Below are positions 1 to 10,463 of a DNA stretch of 64,000 nucleotides, piece by piece; the first letter of the stretch is position 1, and each line of letters begins with the position of its first letter. The stretch lies in contig CM059432.1 of NCBI GenBank assembly GCA_030390025.1, positions 28,894,001-28,958,000 of the forward strand, in the 5' to 3' direction. The notes beneath the pieces are model-generated. The model did no database searches and was not told where the DNA came from. It saw only the letters and a list, made by a program, of their open reading frames with translations. Source of the DNA: Squalus acanthias. Taxonomy: Eukaryota. Position numbers and translations under genes: made by a program.

Positions 1-289
1 TAAAGCCTGATTTGAGAGATACATGATTGCTGTAAGTTGCATGGTAGATGAAAGTGTTCTGAGCTCTTGTACCTGAGCAAGTTGAATGAAATTAGGCACT
101 TTTTGTTCTTTTACTTTCTACAGCTTTCTTGCACATTAATAGAATCACCTGCTATAATCTTCTGCAACAAAACCAGAGACTGGATAGTCCATAGTACCAA
201 AACACAAAATCTGTTTAAACCTCAGGGGGAGAAACAAAAGTCCAAATACAAGGGCTGTAGGACCAATATGGAAAAAGTGGATTCTGGAG

Positions 290-1700
290 AGAAGACCATT
301 CATATAGGATTGCTCCCAGCCAGTATATGCAAGTCATCAAGGAACTTGATCTCTGTGATAAAAAGGTCCATTCATTGGATAATTCAGTTTCTTGAGGGAG
401 ACCATTCACAAAGTTATTAATCATTGTTATCCAGAAACTGAGGTGCCTGCTATTGTCCTGTACTTGTGTTATGTGGCAGCCTTAGAATTACTTCTTTTTG
501 CAACAGTACTCAATCTCTAAAGCATTACTGGAAGGGTCAATAACTTCTTACTTCACTGCTCGTTAATAATCTTGATCAGTGTAATGTTGACAAAACAAAG
601 AACCAACATGAAATGGTAGGTGATCACAATATTCCATTTCAAAATGCATTCAGAACTCCTATTTCAACTTGATCCTATGGATAACCATACTATAAAAGTA
701 TCCATATTTACCTGCAATACCCAATAAACCGATAGGCTGCACGATAATAGGGGGTTTCAGTGTTGAGCTTTGCTAATGTTAGAAGCACCGTAATAATTTT
801 TTTCAGGAACAAACCTGAATAAAATCTTGCCAGTACAGGTAGGCATCTGTTTTTTTTTAAATTCAGGGCCTCTTCAAAGTTGGAAAAAGCAGGGACCCTC
901 ATTTGTTGAAAAATCAGAGACACCCTCCCCCACCCCACTGAAGTACATTTTCAACTGCTCCCATTGAGGGATCTTTCCTACTCCCCACCCCCTTCATCGC
1001 AAAGGTAATTCATCCCACCAAGGAACTATTCATACCCCCTCCCTCAGTAGTTTTCCCCCAAGCCCCACAAGGTAGTTCCACCCACCAGTGAGGTAGTTTT
1101 CCCCCACCCCGACTCACTCCACTCCCCTGCCTCTCTCCCTAGCCCACTTCTTCCTGCCCCTCCCCCATCTTGACCCTCTAACCTGGTTTGACTTGAACTA
1201 GATCGTGACTACCCATGCGCAATGCCACAGGAAAGAGAGAAATGTCAGATTGTTTTTAGGCCTGTGTAACCCTTGCACATGCCCGAGTACCCATTTGTTC
1301 TCCATCTTGCTAGAGAAGAGCTTGTAGCAAGTTTCAAGTAACATTCTGGTTGTTATGGTCTCAATTCGAAAAGACTGGATCCCATCCTTCTATTATTGAA
1401 AGACTTCTACAGGTACAGTATCCATCCACACGAGTGGATAGAAATGTTTAAGACTACTATTCTGGCAATAGGTACAGTAATAGGGATTGCAAAAATCTGA
1501 TTTGTTATTGCTCCTGATGAGATCAGCCCCAGATGCTGAAGTAGAGTTTGCAGACAATAAGGTAAACTGGGGAGGTTCTCAGTTACCACTGGGTGTTGTG
1601 TGTTCTATCAGGAATGGTCTAGAATCTTACTGTTGGACAACTGATGTTTTAAGGAGAATTCTGTTGCGCTTTTCTGTGTTTTTCAAATTAAACTGAAGAC
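290..1700 (-). pseudogene. Heavily decayed non-LTR retrotransposon reverse transcriptase fossil
   Basis: Manual minus-strand translation gives RT-like motifs in the expected order, with stops and frameshifts: SASGADLI (APGPDGI-like), YPLVWMDTVPVEVF, MLLETCYKLFSSKM (~1310-1345), DTFIVWLSI, QVQDNSRHLSFWITMINN, IKFLDDLHILAGS (~320-350). Interrupted by unrelated sequence at ~710-1190. Confidence 0.4.
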
Positions 1701-1931
1701 TATTAGCTTGCCCAGCTTTTTCTTTAGTGTGCCCTCACCAGTCATTCCTGGCATGGCTACAGTCACTCATTCAGATATGCTATTAGCATTGACTTTATAA
1801 AGATCTTGGGAGCCAAGTAAGCCAAAGATGCTGCTCCCTTGCAGCACCTAGACTGCAGATAATTTCTATGACTGTCCCAGATAGCTATTCATCCATTAGA
1901 TTTATGGTCAATATGGCTACAAGCTGGGCTC

Positions 1932-2035
1932 ATTAAAGAAAGACTTGCATTATGTAGCATCTTACAGGACCATAGGGCATCCCAAAGCGCTTTACAGCCA
2001 ATGAAGTACTTTCAAAGTGTAGTCCCTGTTGTTGC
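1932..2035 (-). mobile_element. 3' fragment of Deu-domain SINE
   Basis: AAAGACTTGCAT...CCCAAAGCGCTTTACAGCCAATGAAGTACTTT matches the tail of the copies at 44.3 kb and 46.6 kb. Confidence 0.6.
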
Positions 2036-2457
2036 AGAGATTTTTTTTTATATATAAAAGTGGGATTTTCTAAAGACGACATTTTAAATTCTATAAAAAT
2101 ACAACTTATTAATTCAAAAATTGCTATTTTCAAGTATTGGACAATTCCTTATATTTCTTTTGGTCCAGATTAATAAATTAACAGATTTTTATATTTTGTT
2201 GTATTTTACAAGGTGCGATTTATTTTGCGCAACCACAACAGGGTTCCCCAACATTCCAAAGTTTATTGCACGCCATTAAATATTCTATTAGTTTTTTTGA
2301 TTACGAGTCTTAAATATTTATTAAAAAATAAAATAAAGCAATAAAAACTGCAGGTGTATTGAAAAAACTGCAGGTTCCAGTACATACATTAGGACGTGAA
2401 ATTTTTGTAAAACTATATTACAAACATTTTTCCAATACATGTTTAGCAAAATATAGT

Positions 2458-5400
2458 GGGGGGGCAGGGGCACAGGGTGGGGTGGGAAGGGGTCGACACA
2501 GGGTGGGGTGGGTGGAGAAGATTCAGGGTGGGGTGGGTGGGTGTGGGGGAGATATAGGGTGGGGTGGGTGGGCGTGGGGGAGATATAGGGTGGGGTGGGT
2601 GGGCGTGGGGGAGATTCAGGGTGGGGTGGGTGGGCGTGGGGGAGATTCAGGGTGGGGTGGGTGGGCGTGGGGGATTCAGGGTGGGGTGGGTGGGCGGGTG
2701 AGATTCAGGGGGGGGTGGGTGGGCGGGTGAGATTCAGGGGGAGGTGGGTGGGCGGGTGAGATTCAGGGGGAGGTGGGTGGGCGGGTGAGATTCAGGGGGA
2801 GGTGGGTGGGCGGGTGAGATTCAGGGGGAGGTGGGTGGGCGGGTGAGATTCAGGGGGAGGTGGGTGGGCGGGTGAGATTCAGGGGGAGGTGGGTGGGCGG
2901 GAGAGATTCAGGGGGAGGTGGGTGGGCGGGAGAGATTCAGGGGGAGGTGGGTGGGCGGGAGAGATTCAGGGGGAGGTGGGTGGGCGGGTGAGATTCAGGG
3001 GGAGGTGGGTGGGCGGGTGAGATTCAGGGGGAGGTGGGTGGGTGAGATTCAGGGGGTGGGTGGGTGGGATTCAGGGGGTGGGTGGGTGGGATTCAGGGGG
3101 TGGGTGGGTGGGATTCAGGGGGGGGTGGGTGGGTGGGATTCAGGGGGGGTGGGTGGGTGGGATTCAGGGGGGGTGGGTGGGTGGGATTCGGGGGGTGGGT
3201 GGGTGGGATTCAGGGGGGGTGGGTGGGTGGGATTCAGGGGGGGTGGGTGGGTGGGATTCAGGGGGGGTGGGTGGGTGGGATTCAGGGGGGGTGGGTGGGT
3301 GGGATTCAGGGGGGGTGGGTGGGTGGGATTCAGGGGGGGTGGGTGGGTGGGATTCAGGGGGGGTGGGTGGGTGGGATTCAGGGGGGGTGGGTGGGTGGGA
3401 TTCAGGGGGGTGGGTGGGTGGGACTCAGGGGGGGTGGGTGGGTGGGACTCAGGGGGGGTGGGTGGGTGGGACTCAGGGGGGGTGGGTGGGTGGGACTCAG
3501 GGGGGTGGGTGGGTGGGACTCAGGGGGGGTGGGTGGGTGGGACTCAGGGGGGGTGGGTGGGTGGGACTCAGGGGGGGTGGGTGGGTGGGACTCAGGGGGG
3601 GTGGGTGGGTGGGACTCAGGGGGGGTGGGTGGGTGGGACTCAGGGGGGGTGGGTGGGTGGGACTCAGGGGGGTGGGTGGGTGGGACTCAGGGGGAGGTGG
3701 GTGGGTGAGATTCAGGGGGAGGTGGGTGGGTGGGTGAGATTCAGGGGGAGGTGGGTGGGTGGGTGGGTGAGATTCAGGGGGAGGTGGGTGGGTGGGTGAG
3801 ATTCAGGGGGAGGTGGGTGGGTGGGTGAGATTCAGGGGAGGTGGGTGGGTGGGTGGGTGAGATTCAGGGGGAGGTGGGTGGGTGGGTGAGATTCAGGGGG
3901 AGGTGGGTGGGTGGGTGAGATTCAGGGGGAGGTGGGTGGGTGGGAGAGATTCAGGGGGAGGTGGGTGGGTGGGAGAGATTCAGGGGGAGGTGGGTGGGTG
4001 GGTGAGATTCAGGGGGAGGTGGGTGGGTGGGTGAGATTCAGTGGGTGGGTGGGTGAGATTCAGGGGTGGGTGGGTGGGATTCAGGGGGGGTGGGTGGGAT
4101 TCAGGGGGGGGTGGGTGGGTGGGTTTCAGGGGGGGTGGGTGGGTGGGACTCAGGGGGAGGTGGGTGGGTGAGATTCAGGGGGAGGTGGGTGGGTGAGATT
4201 CAGGGGGAGGTGGGTGGGTGAGATTCAGGGGGAGGTGGGTGGGTGGGTGAGATTCAGGGGGAGGTGGGTGGGTGGGTGAGATTCAGGGGGAGGTGGGTGG
4301 GTTGGTGAGATTCAGGGGGAGGTGGGTGGGTGGGTGAGATTCAGGGGGAGGTGGGTGGGTGGGTGAGATTCAGGGGGGGTGGGTGGGTGGGATTCAGGGG
4401 GGGTGGGTGGGTGGGATTCAGGGGGAGGTAGGTGGGTGGGTGGGATTCAGGGGGAGGTAGGTGGGTGGGTGGGATTCAGGGGGAGGTAGGTGGGTGGGTG
4501 GGATTCAGGGGGAGGTAGGTGGGTGGGTGGGATTCAGGGGAGGTAGGTGGGTGGGTGGGATTCAGGGGGAGGTAGGTGGGTGGGTGGGATTCAGGGGGAG
4601 GTAGGTGGGTGGGTGGGATTCAGGGGGAGGTAGGTGGGTGGGTGGGATTCAGGGGGAGGTAGGTGGGTGGGTGGGATTCAGGGGGAGGTAGGTGGGTGGG
4701 TGGGATTCAGGGGGAGGTAGGTGGGTGGGTGGGATTCAGGGGGAGGTAGGTGGGTGGGTGGGATTCAGGGGGAGGTAGGTGGGTGGGTGGGATTCAGGGG
4801 GAGGTAGGTGGGTGGGTGGGATTCAGGGGGAGGTAGGTGGGTGGGTGGGATTCAGGGGGAGGTAGGTGGGTGGGTGGGATTCAGGGGAGGTAGGTGGGTG
4901 GGTGGGATTCAGGGGGAGGTAGGTGGGTGGGTGGGATTCAGGGGGAGGTAGGTGGGTGGGTGGGATTCAGGGGGAGGTAGGTGGTGGGTGGGATTCAGGG
5001 GGAGGTAGGTGGGTGGGTGGGATTCAGGGGAGGTAGGTGGGTGGGTGGGATTCAGGGGGAGGTAGGTGGGTGGGTGGGATTCAGGGGGAGGTAGGTGGGT
5101 GGGTGGGATTCAGGGGGAGGTAGGTGGGTGGGTGGGATTCAGGGGGGGGAGGTGGGTGGGTGGGATTCAGGGGGAGGTGGGTGGGTGGGATTCAGGGGGA
5201 GGTGGGTGGGTGGGATTCAGGGGGAGGTGGGTGGGTGGGATTCAGGGGGAGGTGGGTGGGTGGGATTCAGGGGGAGGTGGGTGGGTGGGATTCAGGGGGA
5301 GGTGGGTGGGTGGGTGGGATTCAGGGTGAGGTGGGTGGGTGGGTGGGATTCAGGGTGAGGTGGGTGGGTGAGATTCAGGGGGAGGTGGGTGGGTGGGTGA

Positions 5401-7290
5401 GATTCAGGGGGGGTGGGTGGGTGAGATTCAGGGGGAGGTGGGTGGGTGAGATTCAGGGAGAGGTGGGTGGGTGGGTGAGATTCAGGGGAGGTGGGTGGGT
5501 GGGTGAGATTCAGGGGAGGTGGGTGGGTGGGTGAGATTCAGGGGAGGTGGGTGGGTGGGTGAGATTCAGGGAGAGGTGGGTGGGTGGGTGAGATTCAGGG
5601 AGAGGTGGGTGGGTGGGTGAGATTCAGGGAGAGGTGGGTGGGTGGGTGGGTGAGATTCAGGGTGGGGTGGGTGGGTGGGTGAGATTCAGGGTGGGGTGGG
5701 TGGGTGGGTGGGTGAGATTCAGGGTGGGGTGGGTGGGTGGGTGGGTGAGATTCAGGGTGGGGTGGGTGGGTGGGTGGGTGAGATTCAGGGTGGGGTGGGG
5801 TGGGTGGGTGGGTGGGTGAGATTCAGGGTGGGGTGGGTGGGTGGGTGGGTGAGATTCAGGGTGGGGTGGGTGAGATTCAGGGTGGGGTGGGTGGGTGGGT
5901 GGGGGAGATGCAGGGTGAGGTGGGTGGGTGGGGGGAGATGCAGGGTGAGGTGGGTGGGTGGGGGGGAGATGCAGGGTGAGGTGGGTGGGTGGGGGGGAGA
6001 TGCAGGGTGAGGTGGGTGGGTGGGGGGGAGATGCAGGGTGAGGTGGGTGGGTGGGGGGGGAGATGCAGGGTGAGGTGAGGTGGGTGGGTGGGGGGGGAGA
6101 TGCAGGATGAGGTGGGTGGGTGGGGGGGGGAGATGCAGGATGAGGTGGGTGGGTGGGGGGGGGGAGATGCAGGATGAGGTGGGTGGGCGGGGGGGGGGGG
6201 GGAGATGCAGGATGAGGTGGGTGGGTGGGGGGGGAGATGCAGGATGAGGTGGGTGGGTTGGGGGGGGGGGGGAGATGCAGGATGAGGTGGGTGGGGGGGG
6301 GGAGATGCAGGATGAGGTGGGTGGGTGGGGGGGGGGGAGATGCAGGATGAGGTGGGTGGGTGGGGGGGGGGGGGAGATGCAGGATGAGGTGGGTGGGTGG
6401 GGGGGGGGGGAGATGCAGGATGAGGTGGGTGGGGGGGGGGGGGGGAGATGCAGGATGAGGTGGGTGGGTGGGGGGGGGGGGAGATGCAGGATGAGGTGGA
6501 TGGGTGGGGGGGAGATGCAGGATGAGGTGGATGGGGGGGGGGGGGGAGATGCAGGGTGAGGTGGGGGGGGGAGATGCAGGGTGAGGTGGGTGGGGGGGGG
6601 GAGATGCAGGGTGAGGTGGGTGGGGGGGGGGGAATGCAGGATGAGGTGGGTGGGCGGGGGGGGGAGATGCAGGGTGAGGTGGTTGGGTGGGGGGGGAGAT
6701 GCAGGGTGAGGTGGGTGGGGGGGGGGAGATGCAGGGTGAGGTGGGTGGGGGGGGAGATGCAGGGTGAGGTGGGTGGGGGGGGTGGGGAGATGCAGGGTGA
6801 GGTGGGTGGGGGGGGGTGGGGAGATGCAGGGTGAGGTGGGTGGGGGGGGGTGGGGAGATGCAGGGTGAGGTGGGTGGGGGGGGGGTGGGGAGATGCAGGG
6901 TGAGGTGGGTGGGGGGGGTGGGGAGATGCAGGGTGAGGTGGGTGGGGGGGGGGGGGGAGATGCAGGGTGAGGTGGTTGGGTGGGGGGGAGATGCAGGGTG
7001 AGGTGGGTTGGGGGGGGGGGGGGAGATGCAGGGTGAGGTGGGTGGGGGGGGTGGGGAGATGCAGGGTGAGGTGGGTGGGGGGGTGGGGAGATGCAGGGTG
7101 AGGTGGGTGGGTGGGGGGGGGGAGATGCAGGGTGAGGTGGGTGGGGGGGGTGGGGAGATGCAGGGTGAGGTGGGTGGGAGAGGTGTGGAGTAGGTGCAGG
7201 GTGGGGGGGGAGTGGAGAGGTGGAGGGAGTGGGAGAGATGCAGGGTGGGTGGTAGAATGGGAGAAGTGCAGGGTCGGGGTGAAGTAGAGG
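2458..7290. repeat. G-rich minisatellite array (~24-33 bp units), likely G-quadruplex forming
   Basis: Tandem units such as GAGATTCAGGGGGAGGT(GGGT)n, GGGACTCAG(G)7TGGGTGGGT and GAGATGCAGGGTGAGGTGGGT(G)n; the plus strand is almost free of C. Confidence 0.97.
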
Positions 7291-7910
7291 TAACTGAGCG
7301 CATCCGCGGGAGGGTGGCGAGTGTGCGCGTGCACAGATGGGGGGGGCGGGTGAACGCGCGCGCGCACGCGGGCGGTGACTGACACCAAGCCCACGGGCGC
7401 CGATTGACGGTTTTCCGAAAGGACCCCGGTGGGTGAGGGGGAAGGAGGCATCAGCCTGGGGCGGCCTCCCTCAAAATATCTGGCAGGCACCAAACGCCAG
7501 AGGGGAAAGCGCCATCCGTCACCCGGCGGGACTCGGAGAAAATTCCTACTCACCGCTTGAGGAGGAGCCTGAGTCCTGAGGTAAACTCTCCCCCTGCGAG
7601 ACAGACACAAACATCAAACTTTAACATCAAATAAATACTAAAATACAGAGGTGGTGGAATAATTCAATCACTCAGTGAGAACTTTTTTTCTTTCATTTAA
7701 ACCTCTCACCTCTGATAAAGTTAAAGGCACAGCTCCGTTCATTATATTTAATGATCACGAAGCCGTTAATTTGATTTTAAATTGAACACAAACTCAACGA
7801 CGCCACCGCTCCTTCTCTCCCCCCTCTTATAACCTGCACCAAGTGCCGAAATAAACGCACTGCGCATGTTCCCGACTCGCACAACCCGACTTGACCTCCC
7901 CCGCCCAGCA
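7290..7910 (-). promoter_or_regulatory. CpG-island-like promoter / 5' region of an unidentified minus-strand gene
   Basis: Local CpG enrichment (e.g. GAACGCGCGCGCGCACGCGGGCGG) in a CpG-poor context, NRF1-like TGCGCATG at 7861, GC box CCCCGCCC at ~7899, and an adjacent well-formed exon. Confidence 0.55.
7554..7593 (-). other. Candidate 40-nt exon (probably 5' UTR)
   Basis: Minus strand reads tttgtgtctgtctcgcAG|GGGGAG...TCAAGCG|GTGAGT: pyrimidine-rich acceptor and consensus donor inside the CpG-rich region; no ATG. Confidence 0.55.
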
Positions 7911-8849
7911 CTATGTCCAGAGTTAACAGTATTTTTTTTTAATTAAAAAATTGTTACCATTTACTTTTTTATCTTTAAAACAATTATTTGCAAATTCTTA
8001 TAACAGGATTTGTATAAGCTCATATACAACACGAAATATTTATACTAATACCGACTTGTTTTTTTTTTAAATGTAAATACAAATGTGCCTTAACATATGT
8101 TGTACTAGGCTTGCTTTATAAATTCATTTTAACTATAAATATACTGTATAAATTAATTCTGTGTATGTTTATATACATAAGTCCTACTCTATTTTTAACA
8201 TTTATTACCGATATATAAGTAAATAATGCAGAATATCAATAACAATATTAAAGTTGAAAAATTATAATTTTGAAATAATGTCTGACTGTGTGTCTGTCTC
8301 TATATATGATATGAGCAATGTTGAAATATAATCACAAGACCTACAATTAAAGGCATGCAGTTCATTATCGCTGAAGTCCCAAGTTATATAATTTGATTGT
8401 CACCACTGGCCATTTACTTCTGCTGGTTTAAAAACACGTACATATTTTTAAATATCTTTCTGAAAATGAAATAAAACTATCCAAACGGGTTCCACAAACA
8501 TATATAAACAACAGTGTATCTTGAGATTGAGCGGAGATTGATGAACTGTTCTTGCCACATAGGCAGAATGAAGATGTCACCATTATGTATCACTGTTTGT
8601 GACTGACACACAAGGTCATTGACCCAACATTAATACCTTTATTTACAGCTAATCAGCTGAGGTTCCCACTGCTACTTGCTGGTTAGTCCCCACCCTATTA
8701 AAAAATGGACATCAGTAGAGGACATGTTCAGTTTAGGCTCTGATGCCCTCAAGCCCCATAAGGGAATAGCCTGACAACACTTGCTGTCTAAACTCATATG
8801 CAAAGAATGGCCACTTGGATGAGGTATCAGAGAATTGCTGGAGCCATAC

Positions 8850-9190
8850 AGCAACAAATTGCATTTATATCGAGCCTTAAATGTAGCAAAACATCCCAAG
8901 ATGCTTCAACCAGACAAAAATTGACACCGAGCCAAAGAAGGAGACATTAATATGGTCTTGGTCAAAGAAATAGGTTTTAAGGAGCGTCTTAAAGGAGGAG
9001 AGAGAAGTGGAGAGGTTTAGGGAGGGAATTCCAGAGTTTAGGGCCTAGACGGCTGAAGGCACGGCCACCAACAGTGGGGCGAAGGAAGTGGGGGATGCAC
9101 AAAAGGCCAGAGTTGGAGGAACGCAGAGATCATGGAGGGTTGTAGGGCTGGAGGAGGTTACAGAGATAGGGAAAGGCAAGGCCATGTAAG
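8850..9190 (-). mobile_element. L2-type LINE 3' fragment
   Basis: Begins CAACAAATTGCATTTATATCGAGCCTTAAATGTAG and is collinear with the copy at 29203-29610. Confidence 0.7.
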
Positions 9191-9869
9191 GCAGGAGAAC
9201 AAAAATCTAGAAACAGTATCTTTTTGTTTCAGCTAGTAATCGTATAAAAACATAAATAAGATAGGTTATTCCTGGTTGGCACAGGAACACATTCATTTCT
9301 CTAAACAGTCTAAATGTTAATTGTGACATCTTTCTCCTTTTAAAAAAGGCATAAAAATTTATGACTGAGTGTATCTACATAACAATAAATTAATGTTAAT
9401 TCAATGTTTGATGCAACATGAGAGGTTTTGGTGATAAGGCATGTTATAAGTGGAAGCATTATACTATTATTGTTCTTATTCCTATCAGATAGAATCATAG
9501 AAATTTACGGCACTGAAGGAGGCCATTCAGCCCATCGTGTCTATGCCAGCTGGTGATACCTCATTTGCCAAACCTTGAGTTGTCACTCACCCCTAGACTC
9601 AGTGTCACTCACCCCTCCCCTGTGTGTACGCATACGCTTGCCTCCCCCGTGCGTGCACACTCTCACAATCTCCCCCCCACCCCGTGCAGATGAGCTCGGT
9701 TCCCCCCCTCTTTTCCCCAGATGCACACACGCTCCACTTAACACCCCTGTGCACACCCCCTGACTTATATTGGGATATGGTTTCAAAGGTGCCAGCTGTC
9801 CTTCAGTATCTCTTTAAACCAGCTATCCTGAATGCAAAACTTAAAGACAATGTTAGTAGGCAATTTAAG

Positions 9870-10052
9870 AATATATATTCAAGAATGAGTTAGATATACT
9901 TCTTAAAGCTAAAGGTATCAAGGGATATGGGGAGAAGGCAGGTACAGGGTACTGAGTTTGGATGATCAGCTATGATCTCATCGAATGGCGGAGCAGGCTC
10001 GAGGGGCCGAATGGCCTACTCCTGCTCCTATCTTCTATGTTTCTATGTTTCT
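9870..10052 (+). mobile_element. CR1 LINE 3' end
   Basis: GAATGGCGGAGCAGGCTCGAGGGGCCGAATGGCCTACTCCTGCTCCT followed by a (TTCTATGT)n tail; a short minus-strand CR1 tail also lies at ~9490-9552. Confidence 0.8.
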
Positions 10053-10224
10053 ATTTACAGTCAAACCTGATCCTATTCTTACCTAATATCTGCATGCCTA
10101 AATTTTATAGCTATGGTTGCTGGATAGGGATCAGGCATGTGACCTGGGCTGATTCTTTTTCTACTTCCTTAAATCAAAAGCTTTGAGGCCATTTGACATT
10201 CCCTCACCAGGACCGTGGCTGGTA

Positions 10225-10455
10225 ACCTTGGTATAGTAGTGTACTGGTACGAGCAACCCAGAGGTCATGAGTTCAAATCCCACCATGTCAAGCTGTAAAA
10301 TTGAATTCAATAAATCTGGTAATTTGTAGGCTAGCACTTGAAAAAACTGAACTGGTTCACTAACCACCTCTACCTGGTCTGGCCTACATGTGACTTCAGT
10401 CCACAATATATGGTTGACTCAAAATGCCATCAGGGCAACTAAGTTTGGTCAATAA
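10225..10455 (+). mobile_element. tRNA-headed SINE (possibly Meta-domain type), decayed
   Basis: B-box-like GAGTTCAAATCCC, core TACCTGGTCTGGCCTACATGTGACTTCAG, and tail CAGGGCAACTAAG resembling the 3' end of the second LINE family (AAGGGCAATTAGGG). Superfamily assignment is from memory. Confidence 0.5.
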
Positions 10456-10463
10456 TTAACTCA

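Noticed and set aside
2359..7610. Long Gly/Trp-rich and Pro/His-rich ORFs (up to 577 aa)
   Set aside because: By-products of a stop-poor minisatellite; open in several frames on both strands with variable homopolymer lengths.
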